Source of the DNA: Lama glama
Taxonomy: Eukaryota
DNA length: 64,000 nt
Reading direction: 5' to 3'
Assembly (NCBI GenBank): GCA_028534125.1
Contig: CM052817.1
Coordinates: 46,998,001-47,062,000 of the forward strand
Program-made: the position numbers and the translations under genes
The notes under the pieces: generated by a model
What the model was told of the DNA's origin: nothing
Databases searched by the model: none
The model's input: only the letters and a program-made list of their open reading frames with translations
Shown: piece after piece, positions 51,066-64,000 of the stretch
Layout: every line of letters starts with the position of its first letter
Position numbering within the stretch: position 1 is the first letter of the stretch

Positions 51066-52489
51066 TCAGTCTGACCAAATATTCTATAGAACACAATAAA
51101 ATATGATGGTTAAAATACAGATATTCTTTTCTTACACACATCACAATGATGATAAGATAATAAGAAATTTCTAGGCAAAATTTTAAAAGAAAATGCAGCA
51201 CAAAAGGTGCATGAAAAACACTAAGCAACAAAGACAGTTTTGCCCTGAGGACTAGCTGCCAATTCTAGCAAACCTGAGCTTTCCTTTTGAGGCCTCATAG
51301 ATGAGAAAACAGGAGCCAAGGCCAAGTCACCTCCCCACGTGAGCAACTCTTCAGAGAACCTGTCTGTTCTAGGCTGGGTCTCCGAAGGGAGCTAGCTACT
51401 CTCAGGGTTAAGGTGTACCAGAGCCCAACTGCTCCAACTTCATGGACAGTGGATAAGGGCTCTCTGATGCTGAGTGGAGCAAGATAGAAAAGAGGAAAGG
51501 GGAAAAAATCATCCTGTAAAAGTTGTGGTTATAGAAGAGTCTCCATGCAGATTTGTCAGCTTCATACAGTTTCATATAGAAACCTTTTGAGAGTTGAATA
51601 AGATTTATCTGAGTTTGATCATAATTGCATATAAAGAGTTTAAGCAATCTATAAAACTCCTAGAAGATAACATAGGAGAATAAGTTCATTATCTTTCTTT
51701 CTTTTCTTTTTGTTTTTTTGGTCCCGAATGCATTTTTATTTTCAACACTCGGGCCTTTCTCTTTTGTGTCAGCTCTCTTAGAAAACACCTAACCATTACT
51801 TGTTGGAGTCAGTAATTTAAATTGTGTACTCTTCTCAAACCAATTTCTGTCAGAGTTAAATTGCTTCCTTCAGCCCAAGAGAAAGAATACTTTAGTATAC
51901 AACTATTTTGAGACTCAAAACAATTTTTTTTGAAATGTGAAATATCATTAGCAAATGAAAGACAGGATAACCATGATCATTAACAGTCTTACTTTAATTA
52001 GCTATTAATTATATTTCCTGTTTTATACCATATTGAAGAATTATAGCTATTTCATGATTGTTCTTCATTTTCACTCAAAGCTTGAATATTGAAAGAATTA
52101 TTAAAATGCCCTCTTAATTTCTTTGCCAATTTATAGACATCATGACTCATATTTAAAAGTTCACTCCTTTTGTTTATGAAATTTAGGTTCCACTGAGATA
52201 GTTCACCTGTCTGAAACTTCCAAACCAGTGAAGCACCACTCTCAGCTGGAACTTAGCGTTCTCCTCATTTTCCTTTTAGTAAGATTATGATCTTGATGGA
52301 GGGAAAGATTTCCTAAACAAGTTTTGGATAAATTGATGAACACTCTGGACCTTCTTCCCTAGATTCCTAAATTTTGTTTACAATAACAGGGAGTTTATGG
52401 ACTCCATGTTAAAAACTACTGAAGCAGCTATCTCAGAATGAGGGCACTAAACAGGAGCCTCCAATGATAAGATATTAAAACTAAAATAT

Positions 52490-52865
52490 ATCAGTCCAGA
52501 TAGGTTAGAGGATGTCTCAGTAACAAATCCAAAAATTTCAATGGCTTAAGACCGTGAAATTTGTTTTTTACACACACTACATTTTCATTGTGAGCCGGCT
52601 GGAGGGCTCTAATTCAGGTCACCCCAGCTCTGGAATCACAGCTGAAACAGCAGTTAGAATGTGGAACGTTGCAAGTTGCTCCCAGGGCTCTCAGCAGTAA
52701 TTTAGCATCCTTCCCGAAAGTGACATAGATCACTTCTGCTCACAACTCTCTTATCAGAGCTAGTTATTTGACCCCACCCAAGCAAAATGGGGCTGGGAAG
52801 TACAGTCCTACCATGGACCTGGAAGGGGGAGAGCCAGAAACACTGCAGGGCCAACACTGCTGACT
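52490..52865 (-). mobile_element. Old MLT1-type MaLR LTR relic (similar relics near 8600-8990, 20560-20870, 46520-46880)
   Basis: cagtaacaaatccaaaaatttcaatggcttaag...aagtgacatagatcacttctgctcaca...ggggctgggaagtacagtcct. Confidence 0.6.
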
Positions 52866-54523
52866 GCCAGATGGGACCACGCCTGCCTCCACTAGGAGGC
52901 GATTATGCATCATCTGATACCTTACTTCTTCCTACATGCAACGCCTCTAACATCCTTCTCCATCTTCTAACACAGTGTCTTTCTTCCTATGAAGGGGATA
53001 TGTAAAACAATTTTTAAAAAATCATCATAACTATGCATTGACATAAAAGTCACGGATGAAGTTCACATCAAAACCTAATTCTTACTCAGTTGTATTTGGT
53101 GGTGATAGTATCAGATGGCCATTCAGGACATTGAGTGTGCAATAACTGACCAGAGAAGTCTGCTTGATGGCAGGAAGGAAAGGTATGGAGGTTAGTTACA
53201 GACTGTACCAGTTGGTGGCTAGTATGCTCTGGTTCAGTTCTTGTCTACAGCTAGTATACATTCTGATTTGGTGAATATCTCCATTCTGATGTACTTTTCA
53301 CACCATGTCTGTTATAAATACTTTGAATATCATCGTTAGTTAGTATAAATAAATGAATTAAATTAATGAATTCAGGAGAAAAGACAGGTCACCAGGGCCT
53401 TATGAAGATATATATAAAACATGTAAGAAGTCAGAAGGATTTTGAAAGTTTACTTTCTTATGTCTATAAAATTGAGGTGAGTCAAGAACACAGTTGGAAT
53501 TTGGTCAATTAGGATAGAAGGCCCAACTGAGGCTGAACGTATGCACTCCTGGTTGCCCTGGCATCAGGGCCTCCTTTCCATGCTAACAGTACTATAATAT
53601 AGGTGAAGTAATAATTGGAGATAGAGAAATATGTGTTCAAGTCAGCTCCTGAGTAAGTTAGGGGAGGGGTTTACTAAAGGCAAATGATAAAGTTATGAAA
53701 AGGAAAGAATTTCCACTAAAAACTGAAAAAAAAAAAGAAAATTAATTTGAGCCTAAGCTTGAAAGCTTCTGGGCATAACACTGCACATAACGATGTTTCT
53801 TTCCTGACTTTGGCTGAAGGCAGGGTAGATAGTAAATCATGTGATTGTATATCTACATTATCTCTTCCATCATAGCCTAGAAAAAGCACTGAACTGGGAA
53901 ACTGTGACCTACATAAGTTGACTTGGATTGGAGCCATCTGCTGTGTGGATTTCTCTGCCTGCTCTTACTCTTACCCACAAAGTTCTCATTTGCCTAGAAT
54001 GGTCAAGAGGGAGTCAGAACAAGCTTGCCCGTATTTTCTGTTGATTTAGTTTACTTTATTTTTAATGTTGTCCTTAGCTATGTCTTATTCTTGCCAAATA
54101 CAACTTCAAATTTTGAAAAAAAGAATTTTTCTGTTAAAGAGGCATATCTGGGGACGACATATTCTAATTTCCTTTGGTGGGTTGCCTAGAGTTCCTGTAA
54201 AAACCTAAGAAAAGTAGTGAGAGAAGCCTCAGTTAGCTTATTACACAGGCCTTAGGCCAGAGAAACAGAAGCAATCCTTTTGAATATCCATGTGGTTCAA
54301 CCCTCTCACCAGGACTAAGGGCTCCATCAAAGCTCCAAGACAGCGAGATGATTTCAGTTCCTTAGTCTTGTCCTCTGTGCCTGTATCACTTCCCAGGCAC
54401 CTAGCAGGACTGGAGTTACAATGTTCATGCATTTGGCGCTATTGATTTCATTGACCCACTTCCTCCATAAAAAGTACTAAAAATCATACTTTATGACTGT
54501 ATTGGTATAAAGATAGATATTAT

Positions 54524-55490
54524 CTTTATTTTTATTTATAGACTCATGGACAGAGAATACAGACTTGTGGTTACCAGGTGGGTAGAGGGTGGGAAGGGAT
54601 AGACTGGGATTTCAAAATTGTAGAATAGATAAACAAGATTACACTGTATAGCACAGGGAAATATACACAAAATGTTATGATAAATCACAGAGAAAAATGT
54701 GACAATGAGTGTGTATATGTCCATGAATGACTGAAAAATTGTGCTGAACACTGGAATTTGACACAACATTGTAAAATGNNNNNNNNNNNNNNNNNNNNNN
54801 NNNNNNNNNNNNNNNNNNNNNNNNNNNNNNNNNNNNNNNNNNNNNNNNNNNNNNNNNNNNNNNNNNNNNNNNNNNNNNNNNNNNNNNNNNNNNNNNNNNN
54901 NNNNNNNNNNNNNNNNNNNNNNNNNNNNNNNNNNNNNNNNNNNNNNNNNNNNNNNNNNNNNNNNNNNNNNNNNNNNNNNNNNNNNNNNNNNNNNNNNNNN
55001 NNNNNNNNNNNNNNNNNNNNNNNNNNNNNNNNNNNNNNNNNNNNNNNNNNNNNNNNNNNNNNNNNNNNNNNNNNNNNNNNNNNNNNNNNNNNNNNNNNNN
55101 NNNNNNNNNNNNNNNNNNNNNNNNNNNNNNNNNNNNNNNNNNNNNNNNNNNNNNNNNNNNNNNNNNNNNNNNNNNNNNNNNNNNNNNNNNNNNNNNNNNN
55201 NNNNNNNNNNNNNNNNNNNNNNNNNNNNNNNNNNNNNNNNNNNNNNNNNNNNNNNNNNNNNNNNNNNNNNNNNNNNNNGGAAGGGATAGACTGGGATTTC
55301 AAAATTGTAGAATAGATAAACAAGATTACACTGTATAGCACAGGGAAATATACACAAAATGTTATGATAAATCACAGAGAAAAATGTGACAATGAGTGTG
55401 TATATGTCCATGAATGACTGAAAAATTGTGCTGAACACTGGAATTTGACACAACATTGTAAAATGATTATAAATCAATAAAAATGTTAAA
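54524..55490 (+). mobile_element. Young L1 3'-end insertion (true length probably ~280 bp; inflated by gap and duplicated overlap)
   Basis: L1 3' UTR text on both sides of the gap; perfect 15-bp TSD AAAGATAGATATTAT at 54509-54523 and 55491-55505. Confidence 0.9.
54779..55278. other. Assembly gap (500 N)
   Basis: Run of exactly 500 N. Confidence 1.
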
Positions 55491-58452
55491 AAAGATAGAT
55501 ATTATATTTCAAAATATTTTTGACCTATAAGTTTATTTTTCTTCTGCTTTTAAAAAACATTGAAAGATTTTTGTGAACTTCTAAACCTATTGTGGACCCT
55601 AGGCAAGGAGTTACTACTGGGTCTAATGGGTAAGTTGGTCATGAACCACTAGGGGTCGCTGTGGTTATGGAAGGAGGTTGAGGGTTCAAGAATTCTGGTC
55701 TCAGCCAACTGTGATCCGATAATTATTAATAGTTCAAGCTGAGAATAGTCTAAAGAAAGGATCAAGCCTCCATAACTTGTTTAAAAAAATGAATCTTCTA
55801 ACAACTGTGTAGGGAAGTAAGTTCTTTGTTTGCGGTGTTCATCTTTTATCCCAGTTACTTTTTATGCAGTGGCTCCAATGCATTTGCCTTTTGCTAAAGT
55901 AGAACCAGATAAGTGGTCAAGGGTTAAATAGGAAAACTTTGCAAAGCAACACATAAGCCAAAGACTTTTCTTACCTTCACTACTGCAGTGTGAAATACTT
56001 TAATTGCAAATTGACAGTTTGAATCCCTTATATATGCTCTCTCTGTGTGGTGCTAGGGTCATGGTGAATAAAACAGGCATGCTTCTTGATCTTGGAGTAT
56101 TTAGTTGTTGGTTAGGGGACAGGTGTGGAGAGTAGGAAAGAGATGGGTGACCAAACGATTATAATATAGAATGTTATACTTTATCAAAGGAGAAAGTGAC
56201 GGTTCTCAGAAAGCTTATAGGAAGGGCACTTACCACAGATCTGCAAGGCACAGGGGCAAATAAGCTTATCCAGATGAAGTGAAACCAGAATTGAGGACTA
56301 TAGGGTAAGTAGGAGTTAGCAAATGATGAGAAGAAGAAAGAGGAGGAGAAAGAAGAAGGGGAGGAGGAGGAGAAGGAAGGGAGGATGAGAAGATCTCAAG
56401 CAGCCAGAAGAGAGCTTAAAGGGCAGGTGGGAGGCAAGTAGGGGGACAGGGGAGAAACTGGATACATTAGAGGAAGTACAAAGAATTTAGTATGGATGGA
56501 GCATAGAGTGCTTTGAGGAAGAAGAGAAAAAGTGAGAGAGAGTTGGGCAGAAGCCGCAGAAGCAGGGTCTCAAAGTCCATGATGAGAGTTTGAGCTGTAG
56601 TATAAGAGCAACAGGGAGCCAGGAAGAGTTTTAAGCAGTGGAGTGACATGTTTGTGTTTGCATTTAAGAAAGACCATCCTGATTATAGGATAGATCAGAA
56701 AGAGACAAGAGCATATGTGGAAGGAGAGGGAGAGATGACAGTCCATTAATCCAGGCAAAGAAGATGGTGATGACTTGAGCTACACTAATGGCAGTGGCTA
56801 TGTAGAAGAACTCAGCTGTATCTGAGAGGTATTGATTTGGGAACTCTCAGCGACAGGACTTGTGACAGACTGGCAATGGAAACTGAGAGGCTAATTATAC
56901 CCGGTTGGGGCTAGTACAGTATATTCATGGTACCATTCAACAAAAGGGAAGGAATAGGAGGAGAATTGAAATAAAAATCACAGGGAAGATTCTCTTCGCA
57001 GATTAATACTAAATTCAGCCTATTCATACCCAGGTGTGATAATCCTATAAAAGTGATGCCCAATTTGGCCTCTGTTATGACCACTTTCATAGAAACACCA
57101 CGTTGTATAGACAGTTACCCTCTCTTCTTGTCTTCCTCCTCTTCCTTTTACCCTATAACCTTACATATTTTTGCCCCAATTCCCCTCTCTTTCTAGAAGG
57201 AACAGCTGTAGAATGACAAACTTGTGTTTCGACTGTTTCAGCAGGAGACTCAGGCAGGACCAGCAGCCTCTGGCAGCACCTTGCTTTGGCTATTGGATAA
57301 GAGCCGTAGGCAAGAATGTGCTGTAGTTTATTTAGGCATCACTTGATTTTTGAATTGGCCAGAGAACACCATTGCCTTAGCAATTCTCAGAGAAAAGCAG
57401 ATTGTTACTAAATTTTCACCATTCAACCCCTGAAGCTGTCAAACTTGCCTCAATCTGGACTAGCGATGATTCCATCTCTTAGGTTAAATTGTGGGAAAAG
57501 AATCCTGGAGTGATGAGTGGGTGGGTGGAAGTTTAAGGTGCAAATACTATCGTATGCTTTCTCTCAAGATGGTGTTCTTCTCTGAAAAAGATTTTTGTTT
57601 CTTTTTGGTTTTTTTGTTTCTTCTCTTCCTTCTTCCTCATTTCTCCTCCTCCCCTTCCTCCTCCTCCTTCTCCTTCAACACATACTCTCCATCTCCTCTA
57701 ACTGTAAAGTCTTGCAATCCACAGATGTTAGCCTGGCAAGTGTGATTAAGGCAGTCAGAAAAATGAAACAGCAGAGTGTTCAATGTGCCAGATACTGGAG
57801 CACGAATTTTAAAGTAAACAGTACCTTCCCAGTGCCCTGGTGAACAGTGAAAATGTTTTACTCTCTATCCTCCATTTTTTTTGGGGGGGTGAGGGTGGTT
57901 GTTATAAAAGGGTTAGGTAGGAAAGACAGGTTGGACTGAAGAAAAGGGAAGAAGAATTGCAAAGACGTTTTTCTGTAGAACAACTGAGGTCTTTGTATTG
58001 TGTCTTGTGTTTGGTTTGGTTTTCATGGGTCCACAGCTTAAATACATAAGAACTAGGTGCCAAAAGCATTGAAAAGTCATTTGGAATACCGTTAGGAACT
58101 GTACATGACCTCATGGGAAGAATGTTGCTCAGTGGAGGCAAGTGGGAAACTTGCATAGATGTAGGGGGCTGACACCTTGTTCACTTTCCAGGGGAGGGTT
58201 GGTGGAAGGGGCTGGGCAGCAGGCCAAATGCTGGTAAAATGCTCTGAAGGGCAAACCTTACATGGCCTGAGCATTTGGAATTTTTTGTTGGCTTCTTTCT
58301 GTTGCCTCATTTTCCAGCTGCTTCTCGGGCATAGGAAAGCTCTCTTCACTTCTTGGTAGGCTGTTAATTCCTTAATATGTAGGCCTTTGTCTTATTGACT
58401 TAAGTCCAAGCCAAAGGTGAGCACATGAGAAATTTATGGTCTCACAGTTCTG

Positions 58453-58670
58453 TGAAGATTGGAGTTATGCTGCCACAAGCCAAAGAACTACAAGAAGCTG
58501 GGAGAGAGGCCTGGAACAGACCCTTCTCTAGCACCTTTAGAGGGAGTGTGGCCCTGCTGACACCTTGCTCTCAAACTTCTAGCCTCCAGAACTGTGGGAC
58601 AATAAATTTCTGTTACTTAAGCCATTCATTTTGGGGTATTTTGTTATGACAGCCCTAGGAAACCAGTACA
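58453..58670 (+). mobile_element. MLT1B/C-like MaLR LTR, 3' half
   Basis: gattggagttatgctgccacaagccaa...ctagcctccagaactgtgggacaataaatttctgtt...cagccctaggaaaccagtaca. Confidence 0.8.
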
Positions 58671-60316
58671 CCATCTAAATACTTTAACAAAGTGAGGACC
58701 AGAATCTATGCTTCAAGTGCCTTCTCTCTGCTTCTCTTTTGCAGACTCTTTTTCTGTAGCATGAATGTAACTAACTCACAGATGGAGTCTGTTTGCAGTA
58801 TCAGCACCAATGGATTTATTTCTGTGTCCTTTCTGCATATGTGGTTGAGGTAAGCTTTGCTGAGTTATGTGAATCTAAGTGTTTCAAAATGGACCATGAG
58901 CTCTGGATGAATATGTCCTTTATTTTTGATAGTTCTTAAAAAGATTTGAAAAAAAATACTTTTACATTTTTAGATGGATTTCAAGGAAAATTAAACATTT
59001 TATACATTTAAATAGAATGAGTGAAATTGGGCAACCTCAGGGAAGTCAATTACCTCTCTGAATCATGTTTGTATTTAAAAATGGTGGTAACAGCAGTTTC
59101 CTGCTTACATCAAAGGGTTGCTTAAAAAAAAAAACAAATTAACTAAAGAGTTTGAAAATGAACTGTAAAATACTATACACTCTCACTGATATTAACCAAC
59201 TATATGATTTCTGCTTTATGATTTGCACTCTGCATTCTTTTAAAATGAATTTGAGGCATCTCTTAATGAAATACACAAACTCTAGGATGATTGAGGTAGA
59301 AAATAAAATCATCCTCCACTGGAAACCTTTTCCTGACTCTTCCCATCTCCTGACTGGTTCGATGTACCTCATGTGTTTTCCCACAGGACACCACGCAAAC
59401 AAGTCTCTTCACGCTTACTTTGCTGCATTATAACCATTGGTTTGATTTAGGGACTTGTTGATTAGACTAGAGTTCACTGATGGCAGAAGACTTTCTCTGA
59501 GACACTTAATTTCACTAATTTCTAGCATAGTACCTAGAATGCTTTCAAATAAGTGAACAAATTATTTCAGCAAATATTTATCAAGTGCTTCCCATGTGCC
59601 AGGCACTTTAAGTGCTGGGGATCCAATGACAACCTAAAACTGATAAGGTTCCATTGTAATTGGAGATTACAGTCTGGTAAGGGAGATAGATATGAATCAA
59701 ATAGTTAAACAAATAAAAATACAACCTTGTTAAGTGCTGCACACATGCATATTTTATCCATTAGTTCCTTTCCAGTCCGACTTCTCAGCACTTGAGCAGA
59801 AGAAATTTATGACTTGGCACTCAAAATTATTGCAGTTTCAGAACATGACGAATTATTGAATTCCATAAATAATAATCATAGCTATCACATATTAAGCCCT
59901 TTATTATGGGTGAGGCGCTATGCTAAACATGTTAAAAGGATTATCGTATTAAGATCTCATTGAATCCTCATGAAAATCCTATCAGTTATAGACTATTATT
60001 GTAGGGAAATGAATTTATAATTATGGTCTGCAGACCAAACTGAGAATTAGAACCATCCCTGTAAAAGTGTAGTCAGGCATAGATTGGGGAATTGGTTTTC
60101 ATGTATGCCTCAGATTAAGCTCTGAACAAACACCCAGGGTTGTCTGGGAATTGACCTACAACTTGCCTTTTTCCGCAGAGGGAATTAAAAAATAGGAATC
60201 TTCTTAGAGCTGGTGAGACTTCACTACAAATCAGTAGTATCACTGGCATCTGTGTATTCCCGTGATCACTCTGGGAGGCCTGGGAAACTCCCTCCACCTG
60301 AGGATTTACTACACGT

Positions 60317-60480
60317 TTCCTCCCTCCCTCCCTCCCTTCTTCGTTCCTTCCTCTCTCCCTCCCTTCTTCCTTCCTTCCTCTCTCCCTCCCTCCCTCTTCC
60401 TTCCTTCCTTCCTTCCTCCTTCCATCTTTCCTTCCTTCCTTCCTCCCTCCCTCCCTCCCTCTCTATCTCTTTTTCTTTTT
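60317..60480. repeat. CCTT/CCCT polypyrimidine simple repeat
   Basis: About 160 nt of almost pure C/T tetramer-like repeats. Confidence 0.9.
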
Positions 60481-61326
60481 CCACCATTTACTCCCTCCAC
60501 ACAATTATCCCCATTTTTCTGATGGGAAAGTTGGGACCTGGCTTCTATTGTAGGGACAGTAAGAGATAAATCTAGAGGTATGATAGGATTTGCCTAAATT
60601 CAGTTAGGAAAAATAAAGAAAGCTCTGTTTTCATATATATGGGAATACATCGCTCATAGAGGCTAGAAAAAATATACAAGTTTATAATTTCAGCTATCTA
60701 AAAGGAAGCACTCAATTTGTCAAATGATACACTTTTGGCCTTTAATTATAGAAGAAATTGTTTGGAATTTTATTATCATTCATATATTCACTCATTCACA
60801 CATGGAAGTGAAAATGTTCCATAGAACATTATCCTTACTCTGGAGGAAAATGAATTGAATATAGAAGCAGGAAGGAGGTGACATTTGATCTGGTCCCTTT
60901 AGTTTGAGTAGGAAGTCATGGAACTGAGGGAGATAGGGAGAGGTATACACTAGATAAAAATGCAGACGTGTACAATAGCTTGGAAGTATTACTGGGCATG
61001 TAGGGAAAGAGCCAAGAGTTGAATATGCTTGTCATAGAGGATGCTGGGAGATGGATGGTGGTGAGAGACTGCCTGGGGAGGACAAATCATGGAACTCCTT
61101 ATAGGCTATGATAGGAGTTCAGATACTATTTTTATAAAATATAAAATATGAGGTTAATGAAGACATTTGGAACAGGGAAAAGACATAAACAGGTTGATGT
61201 TTTCAAACAGTAGCTGTGGAGATAGGAAAAATTTATAGCTTTGAGAAGCATCTTTTCAAGATAAATTTAGGGGATCAAATCTATGGGATCTGATGGCCAA
61301 AGTAACTTAGGTGAGAGAAAGGATTA

Positions 61327-61530
61327 GAACTGTGCTTCCCAATAGGACAACCATGTGTTACTATCTAAATTTAAATTGATTAACATTAAATGCAGTAAAA
61401 ATTCATTTCCTCAGTCAGATTAGCCACATTTCAAGCCCTTTAAAGCTACAAGTGGTTAGTACTACCATATTGGACAGCACAGACACAGAACATTTCCATC
61501 ATCAAAGAAAGTTCCATTGGACAGCACTGG
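61327..61530. mobile_element. MER3-like hAT-Charlie element
   Basis: ctcagtcagattagccacatttcaag...ctaccatattggacagcacag...agaacatttccatcatcaaagaaagttccattggacagcactg. Confidence 0.75.
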
Positions 61531-63599
61531 ACTAGAATTACTGTGTTTTAAATGTGAACAGTTAATGATGATGGCAATTATCAAATTAGGGAATGTAAGA
61601 AAAAAGAGAAAGCTTGAAAGGAAAAGAAAAGAACTTAACATTTGGACACAGTGAGTTTGAAATGGTGTCAGGAAGTCAGCTGAAGATGTCAAGCATGATG
61701 TTGGAAGTTAGGTCTGATGCTCAGGAGAGAGGCAAGAGTTAGACATTTCAGAGTCTTCACTTTATAAATACTAGCTGAAGACATGGAAATGTGTATGAGA
61801 AGAGGGCCAGGAATGCCCCATAAGTCTCCTCCTACTTAAAGGGGACCAGAGGAGTAGTGGTACAGTGTAAAAAGTGGCCCAAGGAGGTGCAATCTGAAAA
61901 GCCAGAGAAGAATTCTGAGAGAATGCTAATCCTAAAGTCAATAATGACACATCAGGCAGAGATATGCAAAGTCTTAGAGCATACACATAGGATTGGTTCC
62001 AAAAAACTCCTTTGGCTTTAGAGGTTAGAAAGTCATTCGTACTCTTGCTTGGAGAGGTTTCAGTGGGTGGTGGTAGAAGAAGCTTAGTTGCAGCAAAGCT
62101 GGGATGCAGTTGCTGTGTGTTGGTGAGCAGAGGGTGTAAGAAAGCACTCTCTCCTTTGTGAAGTTTGGCTAGGAGAGTGACAAAGGTTACTAGCTTGAGG
62201 GACAAGAAAAAATAAGAGAACGTTTTTATTTTTTAGAAAATGTGAAACTTAAGTTTTCTTTACCTGCAAGGAAGGAGTGGGTGGAGTGGAAAAGACTTAA
62301 ATGAGCTTGGAGTGAAGGTATAATTACTGGGCCAAGAGTCAGAGATAGTGGAAGAAAAGGAGGGTGAGCCTTGGAAAGGGAAAAAGTTGCTTTTGTTTCT
62401 CAGAGCCAGGATGGAAGGAGAGAATGATTAATATTTGAGGGTGGAGGTAGAGAAATTTGGAACTTTTATAAAATATCTTAGTTTTATAACATAATGTTTT
62501 CAACTATGATTTATAGACAATACAAAATGTTATATATATTGGTAATGTTGAACCTTGATAAAATCCAAAAGCATGTCACCAGCATTGAGCTTAATTCATA
62601 TGATTTTGCAATGTGGAAAGCTAGTGAAGTCTAAATGAACAATATTCCAGGCTGCAATAACTTGATGATACATCCATTAGGCTGGCTCTTCATATTCAGT
62701 GTCTTAACTGGACCTCTGTAGAGCAGGTTATTAATCAGCTCAGTGGCTGAGTGAGATCTAAGGAGGACAAAAATCAATCAGTCTACACTAGGGCATATCA
62801 TAATTAAGCTGCAGAATAATAATAATAAAAAAACTAATGGAGATGAAATAAAAGAAGATAAAAGAAACCCCAAAATAGAAGAAAACCTAAAAAATTAATG
62901 GGGATGATAAACCATTATCTATAAAGATAGGAATTTAGGTTAGATTGACAACAGACATCTCAGTGGCAACAACAGAGGATGGAAGAAAGGAAAATAAAAT
63001 ATCTTTAAAGAAAACAGAGTTGGCAGTCTACTGCATCCAACTAAACTAGATATAAGGGCAAATGTAAAATGAAGATATTTAACAGTAATCTTGAAAGAAT
63101 TTACTAGTTACTCATTCACATTGAAAAACAATTACTCAAGTTTTATAGGAATAAAAATGTTGAAACTAGACAAAGGAATGAGAAGCAAGAAGCTATGTGA
63201 CAAAAAGCAATTGGTGAACATGGGAATATCTAAATAATCACTAACTATAAAATAATAAAGGTAATATCGATTATTTTGAAGATAAAAAACAAGTAGGAAT
63301 AAAATTCTAGACAATAATATATAAAATAGGAAGAATGCGATTAGAATGAAAAATTCTGAAGACCTTTTGTTACTCAGGAAGAAGAAAGATAAATTGTTTT
63401 AGATTTTAAGTCAAATTATGCATGCATAAATTATAAGGGTAACCACTAAAATCATAGAAATATAACAAATAAATTCAAATAATTCAAAATCTGTAAACAA
63501 AAAAGATAAAAGAAAACTTAAGCCAAGCAGAATAGAAAAAGAATTGTAGAGAATTTTTCATACTGTGCTCTTTTTCATTTTAATTTAAAAAATTTCCTT

Positions 63600-63828
63600 T
63601 TGCAGATTATCTACTATATATAAAATAGATAAACAACAAGGTCCTACTGTATAGCACAGGGAATTATGTTCAATATCTTATAATAGCCTATAAAGAAAAA
63701 GAGTATGAAAAAGAATATATATATATATATATATGTATAACTGAATCACTATGCTGTACACTAGAAATTAACAGAACATTGTAAACTGACTATACTTCAA
63801 TAAAATTAATTTTTTAAAAAAGAAAAAA
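63600..63828 (+). mobile_element. L1 3' end insertion within older L1 relics (~62780-64000)
   Basis: tatatataaaatagataaacaacaaggtcctactgtatagcacaggg...aactgactatacttcaataaaa; AAAAATTTC on both flanks. Confidence 0.85.
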
Positions 63829-64000
63829 ATTTCTTACTATCAGTTATGAATGATTTCGAGTGCTCAGCCTATACCAGCAATTATCAACTACAAAATATAA
63901 TTGAAATAAGATGCTATTTATAATATCACTCAAAATGAATAAATTTCTAGGAACCAACCTAAAAAAGAAAGCCAGTATCTTTGTGGAGAAATATTTAAAA

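Noticed and set aside
60213..60569. Pro/Ser/Leu- and Glu/Gly/Arg-rich ORFs
   Set aside because: Translations of the CCTT/CCCT simple repeat.

Overview
Mammalian nuclear genomic DNA, most likely camelid (four copies of a tRNA-Ala-derived SINE resembling the camelid vic-1 family). The only protein-coding gene I can support is COX18, the mitochondrial Oxa1/YidC-family COX2 translocase, on the + strand. It has a CpG-island promoter and six coding exons (1486-1827, 2359-2459, 4523-4686, 5430-5551, 7399-7506, 10709-10882; 1011 nt, 336 aa; all introns GT-AG, phases consistent). The remaining ~52 kb looks intergenic and is dominated by transposable-element relics (L1, L2, MIR, ERV1/ERVL/MaLR LTRs, Tigger and Charlie DNA elements) and simple repeats, with two fixed-size 500-N gaps. 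I found no convincing novel biological system. The best leads are: a young ERV1-type LTR spanning a gap with an alternating 50/54-bp repeat array, competing splice acceptors in COX18, a near-consensus CTCF site, and an assembly artefact at the second gap. TE family names are from recall of consensus sequences and need RepeatMasker/Dfam confirmation.
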